Below are positions 20,288 to 31,544 of a DNA stretch of 64,000 nt, in pieces. The position numbers and the translations under genes are program-made. The stretch is from Candidatus Lloydbacteria bacterium RIFCSPHIGHO2_02_FULL_50_18 (GTDB lineage Bacteria; Patescibacteriota; Minisyncoccia; Phycocordibacterales; UBA6899): NCBI GenBank assembly GCA_001821395.1, contig MHLM01000012.1:64001-128000 (forward strand), given 5' to 3'. Every line of letters starts with the position of its first letter. Positions within the stretch are counted from its first letter, which is position 1. The notes under the pieces are model-generated. The model worked only from the letters and a program-made list of their open reading frames with translations, was not told the DNA's origin and made no database searches.

Positions 20288-21067
20288 ATGGCCCAAACTC
20301 TCGGTTCTCTCAATGCGAGTGTCCGCAAGGTCACTCTGCAGTTTTCAATGTCACATGGAAATCAGGTCCCCCGCTGGGTGACGTGGATCAAGCCCGAATG
20401 TTTCGCTGAGCGTAGCCTGCGCAAGGCAGCCGCTGTTCCTGGAGAACAATTCTTGATCCCGGAAAACGATGCATCGGGTCGTGGTGTCAACGATGTCAGT
20501 TTGATTTATGTCGTCGATGACCTTATTGCTGCCGGTTTCACGCTTGTTGAGGCGATCGCTCAGGAGCGTTCTTCCAACAAGGCCGGTGCCCCGGCTTATG
20601 CGATGGTGCGGTATTCATTCTATCGGAATGAACTTGCCAAACATTCATCGGACTTCCTACAAAATATGGCGAACATTGTTCGTGATCTTCAAGAATTCCT
20701 CGAACTCGCTCTGTGGCGCGTGCGGGGCTTCAGAAATCTGTATTTTCAGGAAGATGGCACAGTGATGGACGGTGCGTATGGCATCTCCGTCAATATGGAG
20801 GCGCGAAACCCGCTCTTTGTCGGAAATGACATGACAAAGCCGCAGGTTCGCTGGCAAAAAGATGCTAACGGCGATCGCGTGGGCGATGCCCCTCTTCCGG
20901 TCGTTCCGGGGTCCTATGTCAGCGTCATCGACAACGAGGTCAGTCTCTGCGTCGAGCAATCAGCCGAGGTTTCCGACGCTGAGATGCTCGATAGTCAGGG
21001 TCGCACATGGTCGCAGGTGCTGCGCGAAGAAGATCAAGTGCGTGAAGCATTGTTTGCACAATCGTAA
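20288..21067 (+). CDS. hypothetical protein
   Basis: 259-aa ORF with SD and promoter; terminator at 21078..21107. Confidence 0.5.
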   Translation: MAQTLGSLNASVRKVTLQFSMSHGNQVPRWVTWIKPECFAERSLRKAAAVPGEQFLIPENDASGRGVNDVSLIYVVDDLIAAGFTLVEAIAQERSSNKAGAPAYAMVRYSFYRNELAKHSSDFLQNMANIVRDLQEFLELALWRVRGFRNLYFQEDGTVMDGAYGISVNMEARNPLFVGNDMTKPQVRWQKDANGDRVGDAPLPVVPGSYVSVIDNEVSLCVEQSAEVSDAEMLDSQGRTWSQVLREEDQVREALFAQS

Positions 21068-21077
21068 TTTACGTTAC

Positions 21078-21107
21078 ACACACGCCTCCTTCGGGAGGCG
21101 TTTTTCT
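21078..21107 (+). terminator. rho-independent terminator
   Basis: cgcctccttcgggaggcg hairpin + T-run. Confidence 0.75.
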
Positions 21108-21180
21108 TTAACCGAACGATTCCTATTGTTTTAGGTTTTTGCAACAAAAAACATCCGTGAGGATGTTTTTCTACTTTTGT

Positions 21181-21411
21181 CTACTTGGCCTTTAATTCAA
21201 GATGTTTGCTTGCCTTCATGCAGCGCGTGCAGATCTTGATGCGTCCCCCTGAAAGTCCAGATGCGGTCTTCGCGAGCGCGACCCATTGCAGATTCGGATA
21301 TTTACGGCGGTCACCGCTTGGGTTGAACTTGGTCGCACGGATACGGTTCGAATAGCCCCCTGCCATTTTGGAGCCCTTGTCGCAAAGTTTACATACATTT
21401 GATGATGCCAT
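21181..21411 (-). CDS. rpmB: 50S ribosomal protein L28
   Basis: MASSNVCKLCDKG...PNLQ...KICTRCMK pattern; start at internal Met of ORF 21181..21474. Confidence 0.7.
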   Translation of the reverse strand: MASSNVCKLCDKGSKMAGGYSNRIRATKFNPSGDRRKYPNLQWVALAKTASGLSGGRIKICTRCMKASKHLELKAK

Positions 21412-21487
21412 ATGGTTTTTCCCTCCCCGCACATTACTTTCGTGCTTAGAGTTTGGTGACCGCCATGCTATCATGGGAGCTAATCAC

Positions 21488-22108
21488 ATGCAAGACGTCG
21501 ACCTCATCCAGACTATTTTTTCTATAGCGATCCTTATTTTTTCCGTCGTTGCGCACGAAGTGTCTCACGGCTATATGGCTCAATACCTCGGAGATCCAAC
21601 CGCACGGCTGGCGGGTCGACTAACCATGAACCCACTGCGGCATATCGACCCGATAGGGTCAATCTTGGTTCCGCTCATCACACTCTTGATTCCACCCCAT
21701 TTCGTTTTTGGATGGGCGAAGCCGGTACCCTATAATCCATACAATCTCCGTGATCAAAAATGGGGGGATTCCAAGGTCGCACTCGCCGGGCCGCTCACGA
21801 ACCTCGCTATCGCCTTTATTTTTGGACTGTTTATCCGCTTCGGAGGCGACCTCTTTTCCGGATCAATGATAACCATCATGCATCTTATTGTGTATATCAA
21901 TATCCTTCTCGCGGTGTTCAATCTCGTTCCGATCCCGCCGTTTGATGGTTCAAAAGTGGTCTTGAATGCACTACCACTGCGCCGGCGCTATATCGGCGAC
22001 TACTTACAGCGCTATTCGCTCCTACTGCTCGTCATTTTTGCATTTTTCCTTTGGGGGCCATTTTTGCAGCTTATTGATCTGATTTACTCACTATTCGTCG
22101 GTCTTTGA
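21488..22108 (+). CDS. M50 family (site-2 protease-like) membrane zinc metalloprotease
   Basis: HEVSHG HExxH motif and NLVPIPPFDGSKV motif; TM-rich. Confidence 0.7.
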   Translation: MQDVDLIQTIFSIAILIFSVVAHEVSHGYMAQYLGDPTARLAGRLTMNPLRHIDPIGSILVPLITLLIPPHFVFGWAKPVPYNPYNLRDQKWGDSKVALAGPLTNLAIAFIFGLFIRFGGDLFSGSMITIMHLIVYINILLAVFNLVPIPPFDGSKVVLNALPLRRRYIGDYLQRYSLLLLVIFAFFLWGPFLQLIDLIYSLFVGL

Positions 22109-22250
22109 TCGAATTCGGGCGCTTAAATGCTCGACCTCCTCACGAAAGGTTGCACTTTTCCACCTCTTATAGTAGATTACCGCTACCTAGCCGTACTCCA
22201 TAAGCGCGTGCGATCAGGATCACAAATTTCATTTATCGAATATTTAAGTT

Positions 22251-22667
22251 ATGCCAACGATCAACCAACTCGTAAAAAGCAGCAGAAAGCAGGTCGCCCA
22301 AAAATCGAAGGCGATTGCGATGGGTCGCGGTTTCAACTCGATCCAGAATCGACCGATCTTTTACAATTCCCCGTTTAAGCGTGGTGTTTGTACGAAGGTG
22401 ACGACCATGACTCCCCGCAAGCCGAACTCCGCTATCCGAAAGATCGCACGTGTACGCCTCACGAATGGCATGGAGGTCACTGCCTACATCCCGGGAATCG
22501 GACACAAGCTCCAGGAGCACTCAGTGGTCATCGTGCGCGGCGGCCGCGTGAAGGACCTTGGTCTTCGCTATCATATCGTTCGCGGACGACTCGATGCTAC
22601 CGGTGTGGACAAGCGCCAGCAGGGCCGCTCGTTGTACGGTGCAAAGCGTGCAGAGGTGAAGAAGTAG
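22251..22667 (+). CDS. rpsL: 30S ribosomal protein S12
   Basis: MPTINQLVK...KRGVCTKV...PNSAIRK...VRGGRVKDL; long Firmicutes-type form. Confidence 0.95.
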   Translation: MPTINQLVKSSRKQVAQKSKAIAMGRGFNSIQNRPIFYNSPFKRGVCTKVTTMTPRKPNSAIRKIARVRLTNGMEVTAYIPGIGHKLQEHSVVIVRGGRVKDLGLRYHIVRGRLDATGVDKRQQGRSLYGAKRAEVKK

Positions 22668-22751
22668 TAGTATTCAAGTCTTTACAGAAACTAATATCGC
22701 ACTGGAGTACCGACGACTTGCGGGAAAGACCAGTCGAACAAATAAAACAAT

Positions 22752-23222
22752 ATGCGCGGACCAGTAAAGAATCGTAATATCCGAAAGCCGGATGCAAAGT
22801 ATCATTCAGTAGAAGTTTCGACACTCATCAACTACGTGATGTGGGAAGGAAAAAAGACCATCGCAACGACGGTCGTTTATGATGCACTTGAGCTCATCAA
22901 AACTCAGCTAAAAGTAGAGGACCCTATCGAAGTCTACAAGGAAGCACTGCGCAACGCCGGACCGATCATGGAAATTCGTTCACGCCGCGTCGGTGGCGCC
23001 AATTATCAGGTTCCCCGTGAGGTCCGACCCGAGCGCCGCATCTTCCTCGCGCTGCGCTGGATCATCGATGCCGCTCGCTCAAAGAAGGGAGCCGGAATGG
23101 CCAAGAAGCTTGCCGATGAGATCATCTCCGCTTCAAAGAACGAGGGTGAAGCTATCAAGAAACGTGAGAATGTGCACAAGATGGCGGAAGCGAACAAAGC
23201 CTTCGCGCACTTCGCCTGGTAA
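22752..23222 (+). CDS. rpsG: 30S ribosomal protein S7
   Basis: S7 family throughout; 156 aa. Confidence 0.95.
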   Translation: MRGPVKNRNIRKPDAKYHSVEVSTLINYVMWEGKKTIATTVVYDALELIKTQLKVEDPIEVYKEALRNAGPIMEIRSRRVGGANYQVPREVRPERRIFLALRWIIDAARSKKGAGMAKKLADEIISASKNEGEAIKKRENVHKMAEANKAFAHFAW

Positions 23223-23487
23223 AAATTTTGTAATTCTGGCGCCCTTCGCGCTTGACTTTGAACGCGAGTCCGACGAACGTACTATGAGGAGTACGTCCGC
23301 ACGGACATCGCATTCTTGCCGCGCGCGAATTGCATCCAGAATAACAAAATTTTTCGTATCGGCTGCAAAATGCAGCAAATAAAATTCCCTCGAAAGGGGA
23401 ATTTTAATTTTACTAAATCGCGTTGCGGACGTAGTGTTTTATGTTATGGTGACGGAAGATCGTTCAAATTTAATGGAGGAGTGCGTT

Positions 23488-24075
23488 ATGTCCAAGAATT
23501 CTTGTGTCACCGTCATCTACCCGAAATCAATTCCAGTGAATAATGGAGCGGAGAATTGTTTTCTCCTTGGGCCCTGCACAAACGCGCCGCCATATCACGA
23601 GGATGTTATTGATATTTTTGCCCGACTCGCGAGAGAAGACAAAAAAATGATCTCCTTGCGCATCAATTGCCCGAAGCGAGAAGGGGAGATGGTCCGTGCG
23701 CTTGATGTTGTTGCTCCTCCCGCAGAGATCCATCATACCTATGCCCGTCAGCGGGAATGGGAGTTCGAGACTCAGGAGAGTGCCGCATTTTCTGCCGGTC
23801 TCTTGTTCTGTTTCGTTAAGCAGGGGAATAATGCTGTTCCCGAGAAGGTCTACGGAGCGATCACCCAAGTGGAGTTTGGCTATTGGCTTGCGCGGGCATC
23901 GGTCGATAGGCGCATACGCATCGCGTATTACTCTGATGGGATATACAACCACCAACTCCGCGTGCTCCTCCATGACATTGAGCGTCTTGCACCATGGCTT
24001 CTCCCGATGCATACTTCGTTTGAGTCATTGTGTGCGCAGTCGCTCGCATGGGCCAAGCAAGGCCCCTCAAAATAG
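23488..24075 (+). CDS. hypothetical protein (island between rpsG and fusA)
   Basis: GGAGG SD 8 nt upstream of MSKNSC start within ORF 23434..24075; no recognised domain. Confidence 0.5.
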   Translation: MSKNSCVTVIYPKSIPVNNGAENCFLLGPCTNAPPYHEDVIDIFARLAREDKKMISLRINCPKREGEMVRALDVVAPPAEIHHTYARQREWEFETQESAAFSAGLLFCFVKQGNNAVPEKVYGAITQVEFGYWLARASVDRRIRIAYYSDGIYNHQLRVLLHDIERLAPWLLPMHTSFESLCAQSLAWAKQGPSK

Positions 24076-24158
24076 TCCATCAAGCAAGCAATACGAACCG
24101 ATCCTCGGTTCGTTTTTCATTGCAATTTGTGATTCTTAGCCATATTTTCCCGCTTTTT

Positions 24159-24179
24159 TGTCAAGGTTAAACCTTGACA
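24159..24179. repeat. 21-bp perfect palindrome TGTCAAGGTTaAACCTTGACA within a ~40-bp repeat (second copy 45036..45056)
   Basis: Identical arms, T-run 5' flank conserved in both copies. Confidence 0.6.
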
Positions 24180-24194
24180 TTGATATATAAAGAA

Positions 24195-24225
24195 AAAACC
24201 TCCGATGAGTCGGAGGTATTTTTAC
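24195..24225. terminator. bidirectional rho-independent terminator
   Basis: aaaaacctccgatgagtcggaggtattttt. Confidence 0.7.
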
Positions 24226-24434
24226 GTTTGTTTGCTTGGAACTTTTTCTACTCGGTCGCGAGAGTAGTGCCCGTCAAGCCCGGGAATGTCCGTTGAAGTG
24301 CATACGTTGCTTCCATCACAGTGCCGGACAATGTAGATATTGCCGACCGTGAGCGGTAACGTACGCGATGTTTGCCCCGTTGGCTTCGAAAGCAATTTGA
24401 CTCGGTCATTCGAGCGCAGTGTTTGATCAGACAT
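24222..24434 (-). CDS. hypothetical small protein, translationally coupled to upstream gene
   Basis: GGAGGA SD and ATGTCTGA start/stop overlap with preceding gene. Confidence 0.4.
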   Translation of the reverse strand: MSDQTLRSNDRVKLLSKPTGQTSRTLPLTVGNIYIVRHCDGSNVCTSTDIPGLDGHYSRDRVEKVPSKQT

Positions 24435-24777
24435 GAGCATCCTCCATAAATAGATCCGTTTCCGGGGTGATCCCAATACTTTTGATGATCTGCCCGTTGT
24501 CACTCCGTTCGTTCAGGGTGAAACATACCGTTGCAGTACTGTATCCCACGTGACACTTGCTCAGTTTTCCGAGTAATTTGCCTTGCGCGTAGGCGCTGAC
24601 TGTTTTACCGGTGAGCGTGCAAAGTGCAGTGAGATATTGGTCGTTGCGTGCATGGCCCAAGGCTACCGCACTTAGCTCTTTTGCCAACGGATGTCCCATT
24701 TTATTGAGTACATTGACGGCATTTCGGTATTGTTCCTCACGGTACTTGTGGAGTACGTAGGGAATGGGGAATTGCAT
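24427..24777 (-). CDS. hypothetical protein
   Basis: 116-aa ORF, first of a two-gene minus-strand operon inside the rpsG-fusA island. Confidence 0.45.
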   Translation of the reverse strand: MQFPIPYVLHKYREEQYRNAVNVLNKMGHPLAKELSAVALGHARNDQYLTALCTLTGKTVSAYAQGKLLGKLSKCHVGYSTATVCFTLNERSDNGQIIKSIGITPETDLFMEDAHV

Positions 24778-24975
24778 TTGCCTCTCCTTGTTTTGATTTT
24801 GAACTCCTGTGTAAAACTATACATAAGATATTGTTCTTGTAAAGATTCTTTGCAGGTTGCTCAAAAGGGGAGTTTTCTATATAGTAACGCCATTAAGTGC
24901 CCTTTGTGGCGTTTTTGTTTACGCGGCAGTTCGCGTTACGGGGAAGATCATTTATTCGTTTTTTATTCACTTTTT

Positions 24976-27123
<2,148 letters not shown>

Positions 27124-27142
27124 ATATATTTCTCGTAGATAA

Positions 27143-27180
27143 ATAAAAGCGATCATTATTTAATGGTCGCTTTTATTTTT
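27143..27180 (+). terminator. rho-independent terminator after fusA
   Basis: aaagcga...tcgcttttattttt. Confidence 0.6.
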
Positions 27181-27194
27181 GCTATACTATATCC

Positions 27195-27746
27195 ATGTAC
27201 GATGATGAAGATGATGACGACGAAGACGAGGGTGAAATAGGGCTTGATGCAGAAACAGTGCGACGCGAAGAGGCCGAGGTCGTGCAGGGGAAAGCATCCC
27301 GTGCTTTTTATGATGACCTCGCAAAAAAAGAAGATGATCGTCACAATGCGATGCGTCTTGACATGCAACAGCGCGCACTTGCCGCGGGTGAACTCCGTCA
27401 AAAATTACGCAATAAAGAAACCGAGCTGCACGCGCTCCAACTCAAGATCACTATTGAGGAAGACCGTATCGATTATGAAAAAAAGAAAGCGTACCGTCTT
27501 GGAGGAGGTGAATCTATCGCTACGGGAGATGGAGCAACACGATCTGTCCCGATCCCCATACTCTCAAAAGATGTTGACGCTAAGGATGCTGATCAAGAAT
27601 TTTCGGTAGAACACGCTGAAATACACATCAAGCAATTGCAGAGTGAAAAATTGGAGCTTGAAAAGGTGTTGAGCGGAATGAAGGAGCATTTGAATGAAGA
27701 AGAGCGTGCGTTGTCACAACTTCAGCATCAACTCGTTCGCATGTAA
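27195..27746 (+). CDS. acidic coiled-coil protein
   Basis: Poly-Asp/Glu N-terminus (MYDDEDDDDEDEGE), heptad-like E/K/L/Q-rich remainder. Confidence 0.5.
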   Translation: MYDDEDDDDEDEGEIGLDAETVRREEAEVVQGKASRAFYDDLAKKEDDRHNAMRLDMQQRALAAGELRQKLRNKETELHALQLKITIEEDRIDYEKKKAYRLGGGESIATGDGATRSVPIPILSKDVDAKDADQEFSVEHAEIHIKQLQSEKLELEKVLSGMKEHLNEEERALSQLQHQLVRM

Positions 27747-27777
27747 TGGCGTTCTTCTTTTTGTTGCATGATATAAT

Positions 27778-29043
27778 TTGGTCATGCCCGAAGATGAAGC
27801 CAACCAATCCTCAGCCGCATCCGGGAGTCTAGGCGGTCTTCCCGATAGTGTAGCTCCTTCGGCCAGCGTGGAACCAAAAATAATTTCATCACCAGCACCA
27901 ATGGTCTCCTCTGTTGTGTTACCCGTGGCGAATCCTATCGATCCTGCGGCGACAGAGAGTTCCGCAAATAATGAGAAGCATCTGCTACTCATTGCGCATC
28001 TATTGAATCAGGTTCGCATCAAAAAGTCTGAGATAGGTGCTGCTCGCGATAAGATGGGTCAATTGGGGCGCGAGAGCGCGCAATTGCAAACCGAAATGCA
28101 CCATATTGAGCAAGACGTGCGCCGTGTTGAGGGAGAGTTGTACCAGGTCAAGCTTGATGCCAATAAGCAAGAGAGCACGTCAAAAGGAGAGCAGGTTGGC
28201 ATGAACGATAAAGATACGGAACTGAAAAGGCGGAGCGATGGCATCGCGAGGCTCGAGCGAGATATCGATAAATTGAAGCAAGCGATCGCCGAGCGAGAGC
28301 AACGAATAGCTGAGATAAAAACTGAAAATAGTTCACTTGCGAAATCAAAGGAGGACCTCAGGCGAAAGATCGAGCTCGAACTTGCAGGCATCAGGGTCAA
28401 GGCCGAAAAAGCACGCGAGAAGGAAACCGCGATACGGCGCATAAAACAAGATCATGAACGGAAAAAGATGGAGATCTTTCACAAGAAGAGTGCGCCTGTT
28501 GACCGCTTACACTCAGCTCTAGATAACCAGCGGGAGGTTTCCCGACTGGAGTCCGACCTGCGGCATATTGAGCAGGAACTGTCGCGCACAGAGGGCGAGC
28601 TCCGTCTTATCGAAACGAGTGAGCACCAAGAAGAGAATACATCAAGGGTGGATCAGGGTGAGATGCGCAATAGGGATATGGTGATCTATAAAACAGGAGA
28701 TGAGGTTGTTAAGCTCGGCAGAGAGATAGGGCGGCTGAACGTTGAGATTGCCGAGAAGGAAAGTGAGATAGCAAAGCTGGGCGGTGAAGGTCAGGAGTTG
28801 AGAAAGGGAAGAGAGGAGTTACGGCGACGGTATGAACTCGAGCATTTTAGTGCAAACTCAGGATTTACGCTTGCGCATGAGAAAGAGCTTCAGCTCTCTC
28901 GTTTTAAGCAGGGATTTCTTTTGAAGGAGGATAAGATCAAAAAGAACGAACATGCGCAAATACAACTACGCCATGACCTCATCTCCCTTGAGCAAGATCT
29001 GGCAACGGTTGAAGCAGAATTGCGTCATGCTAACAGTGCATAG
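27778..29043 (+). CDS. long coiled-coil protein with threefold repeated L..HIEQ.L.R.EGEL motif
   Basis: Repeats EMHHIEQDVRRVEGELY / DLRHIEQELSRTEGELR / LISLEQDLATVEAELR. Confidence 0.5.
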   Translation: MVMPEDEANQSSAASGSLGGLPDSVAPSASVEPKIISSPAPMVSSVVLPVANPIDPAATESSANNEKHLLLIAHLLNQVRIKKSEIGAARDKMGQLGRESAQLQTEMHHIEQDVRRVEGELYQVKLDANKQESTSKGEQVGMNDKDTELKRRSDGIARLERDIDKLKQAIAEREQRIAEIKTENSSLAKSKEDLRRKIELELAGIRVKAEKAREKETAIRRIKQDHERKKMEIFHKKSAPVDRLHSALDNQREVSRLESDLRHIEQELSRTEGELRLIETSEHQEENTSRVDQGEMRNRDMVIYKTGDEVVKLGREIGRLNVEIAEKESEIAKLGGEGQELRKGREELRRRYELEHFSANSGFTLAHEKELQLSRFKQGFLLKEDKIKKNEHAQIQLRHDLISLEQDLATVEAELRHANSA

Positions 29044-29157
29044 CTCTTGATGTGTAACACACTCTGCCGTCACGGGAGACGAACTCTTGCGGGGAAATCT
29101 AAGGACAACGTCAGGTGATGATATGGTTGTGCTTCGATAGTTTATTGTTCAGTAAAA

Positions 29158-29245
29158 GGTATTAAACCCCAGGGCAAGCCCTGGGCTCGCGATGGGCTCG
29201 CAAAGCCTCGCGCGAGTCTAGGGCTGTGCCGCAGGGTATTAAACC
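29158..29245. repeat. 66-bp GC-rich palindromic element flanked by 11-bp direct repeats GGTATTAAACC (TSD-like)
   Basis: Direct repeats at 29158..29168 and 29235..29245; internal ccagggcAAGccctgg hairpin and ctcgcgcgag palindrome. Confidence 0.5.
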
Positions 29246-29295
29246 TTTTTTAGCTCTCCTCGGCACCACGGAGAGTACTTCATTTTTTTATGTTC

Positions 29296-29343
29296 AGAAT
29301 ATTATCTTAACCTATGCTATAGCATAGGTTAAGATAATATTCT
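29296..29343. repeat. 48-bp perfect palindrome AGAATATTATCTTAACCTATGCTA|TAGCATAGGTTAAGATAATATTCT
   Basis: Exact reverse-complement symmetry over 48 nt in the convergent intergenic region. Confidence 0.8.
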
Positions 29344-29460
29344 TGATGTAGATATACATGTGTACACTTTTTTAATCGCACCACGAGAGTACTTCCATTC
29401 TTCTAAGGTGGAGTACCACCAAGAAGAATTGGTCGCTCGATGAAATCGCTCTACATCGGC

Positions 29461-29492
29461 AATAAAAAAACGAACCCGAGGGTTCGTTTTGT
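29461..29492 (-). terminator. rho-independent terminator for the dNK-like gene
   Basis: Minus strand reads aaacgaaccctcgggttcgtttttttattg. Confidence 0.75.
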
Positions 29493-29494
29493 CT

Positions 29495-30235
29495 TCATTC
29501 AGTGTGCTGGCGCATTTTTCGCGCTTCGGCAACAAGTCGCTCGAGCGTGTCCGTTGCGATATGGTTTACCATCTCCGATTCAGTCATTGTGGTCGTATCG
29601 ATGAGTTGGATCTGCGGATATTTCGGCGAAAGTTCTTCATGCATCGTCCGATAGCGGTCCACGAGTTTGCGGATCGACGCGGGGTTCGATGTCTCACCGA
29701 GCTTGTCCGAGAGTGCGATACGTTGTCCGCGGCGCATTGCTTCTTCAGGTTCACATACCACGACATAGGAGGCGATGATACGGTCTACCCAAAAACGCAG
29801 CAGGAAGAATTGCTGGATGAGTTCACGCTCTTCACCGGAGAGCAGTCCCTTGTCTTGCCAGTACATCATCCACGCGTACGGGTCAAAGATCGAACGATCA
29901 AAGATCACCACATCGTAAGCATGACCATGTGTGTAGTCGATGACCATCTCGAGCGCATAGAGTGCGGTGCGGATGTTGTATTCCGGAGTCGTACGCGGAA
30001 TATGTCCGATTACTTCGGCGCCTTCTTGCGGAATGTGCACGCGCAATCCTCTGCGTTTCAAGAATTTATAAAGTTCCTTGATGCAGGTCGTTTTTCCCGA
30101 ATCCGGAGAACCGGTGAATTCGATAAGGAATGGGCGTGGCAAGAATGTACCTCCGTAACGCACGTCCGTTCGCAGGTATCCGTGCAGCATGTCCGCCATG
30201 AGTTCGAGGCGGGCAATGTCGATGGTTTTTGACAT
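29495..30235 (-). CDS. deoxynucleoside kinase-like P-loop kinase
   Basis: Walker A GSPDSGKTT, downstream DRSIFD (ERS/DRY-like) motif and Arg-rich lid RRGQR. Confidence 0.6.
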   Translation of the reverse strand: MSKTIDIARLELMADMLHGYLRTDVRYGGTFLPRPFLIEFTGSPDSGKTTCIKELYKFLKRRGLRVHIPQEGAEVIGHIPRTTPEYNIRTALYALEMVIDYTHGHAYDVVIFDRSIFDPYAWMMYWQDKGLLSGEERELIQQFFLLRFWVDRIIASYVVVCEPEEAMRRGQRIALSDKLGETSNPASIRKLVDRYRTMHEELSPKYPQIQLIDTTTMTESEMVNHIATDTLERLVAEARKMRQHTE

Positions 30236-30288
30236 GAAATACTCTCTTTCTTTTGAAAAAGTACCAAGCTGTGTTTTACTATACCTGA

Positions 30289-30882
30289 ATGATGCTCAAA
30301 AATAATACTATACAAACAGGGCCCCGTATTGTGGGCTTTGACATGGATGGGGTGATCATCAACCATGCTCCGAATAAGATCATGCTTGCAAAGCGTTATG
30401 CCGTAACACTGCGTCCCGAGGAGACGCACTCGGAACTCCTGCCCGGCAAATTCCCCCGCGAGGAGTATCTTGCCTTCCAGAATATGCTTTATGGTAATTC
30501 GGATTTTGCGCTTTCGGCACCGCTCATGCTCGGTGCATTCGATGTTTTGCACGAGATGAAAGATCGTGGCATCCCCTTCGTGCTGATATCCCGCCGCAGG
30601 GAACCCGAAAATGCCATCAGACTTCTTAAGGAGCGCAAATTGTGGGGCGACTTTTTTACCGAAGCAAATGCTTTTTTTGTCGGCACACCGGAAGAAAAGA
30701 ATGTCGCAAGCGTACGAGAGGGCGTCACTCATTTCTTTGATGATGAGCGTAAGGTGTTGCGCGCCATACCGGACGTGAAAAGGAGATTTCTCTTTGATTC
30801 ACTTCGCCAATTCAATGATGAAGATGAGTTTGAGCGTGTATTTGATTGGAAAATGCTCCGTCAGATCGTTTTTGAGGAATAG
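30289..30882 (+). CDS. HAD-superfamily phosphatase, 5'(3')-deoxyribonucleotidase-like (paralog 1)
   Basis: GFDMDGVIINH motif I (DxDGV); 197 aa. Confidence 0.65.
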   Translation: MMLKNNTIQTGPRIVGFDMDGVIINHAPNKIMLAKRYAVTLRPEETHSELLPGKFPREEYLAFQNMLYGNSDFALSAPLMLGAFDVLHEMKDRGIPFVLISRRREPENAIRLLKERKLWGDFFTEANAFFVGTPEEKNVASVREGVTHFFDDERKVLRAIPDVKRRFLFDSLRQFNDEDEFERVFDWKMLRQIVFEE

Positions 30883-30956
30883 GACAAAACGCGGAAGGTG
30901 CATAAGTCGCTTTGAAGGCTGCGGGGGTCTGATACGATGAAGATGAGGAACCTCTT

Positions 30957-31544
30957 ATGACCATTATGCACGAAGAAGGAATAGTCCTTGGGTTTGATCT
31001 CGACGGGGTCATCATCGACCACACGCAAAATAAAATGCTGATCGCTTCGCGCTACGGTATTGAATTAAGTCCAAAAGATACTCACGCCGAGCACATGGGT
31101 ACGCATTTTACTCCTGAACTCTATCGCGTGATCAAATCCCAGCTTTATGATTCAACTGCGCTCGCGCTCGAGGCTCCTTTGATGGCGGGAGCTTTCGCGA
31201 CATTGGCAAAACTCCGCGAACAAGGGATCCCATATTTCCTCGTTTCGCTTCAGAAGAATCCCATGCATGCTGCGCATTTGCTCGAAGAGCGGGGTTTGTG
31301 GGGTACGTACTTCACTCCCGAGAATACGTTATTCGCACGGAATGCTGATGAAAAGCATGCACTCGCGGCGCAGATCGGTGTCACCCACTTCATTGATGAT
31401 GAACCAAATATCCTCGACGTGATGATCTCGATCCCGAACCGTATATTATTTGATGCGCGCGGACTGTTTCCCGAAAAAACTGACTATTGCCATGTAGAGA
31501 GCTGGAGTGAGCTTGCTGAAACACTGGGAATGGCGAATCGTTAG
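30957..31544 (+). CDS. HAD-superfamily phosphatase, 5'(3')-deoxyribonucleotidase-like (paralog 2)
   Basis: GFDLDGVIIDH motif; colinear similarity to 30289..30882 along the whole length. Confidence 0.65.
   Translation: MTIMHEEGIVLGFDLDGVIIDHTQNKMLIASRYGIELSPKDTHAEHMGTHFTPELYRVIKSQLYDSTALALEAPLMAGAFATLAKLREQGIPYFLVSLQKNPMHAAHLLEERGLWGTYFTPENTLFARNADEKHALAAQIGVTHFIDDEPNILDVMISIPNRILFDARGLFPEKTDYCHVESWSELAETLGMANR

Noticed and set aside
20288-21067. Internal AAGFTLVEAIA segment resembling a type IV pilin signal
   Set aside because: Lies ~80 residues into the protein, not preceded by a short basic leader; therefore not a prepilin cleavage site
22251-22667. Apparent 13-aa insertion in S12 relative to E. 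coli
   Set aside because: The same long form occurs in Firmicutes S12 (e.g. Bacillus), so not novel
24691-24975. N-terminal extension of the fusA ORF (ORF track starts at 24691)
   Set aside because: EF-G begins at [25 protein letters not shown] (24976); the upstream 95 codons are in-frame read-through of the intergenic region with no homology
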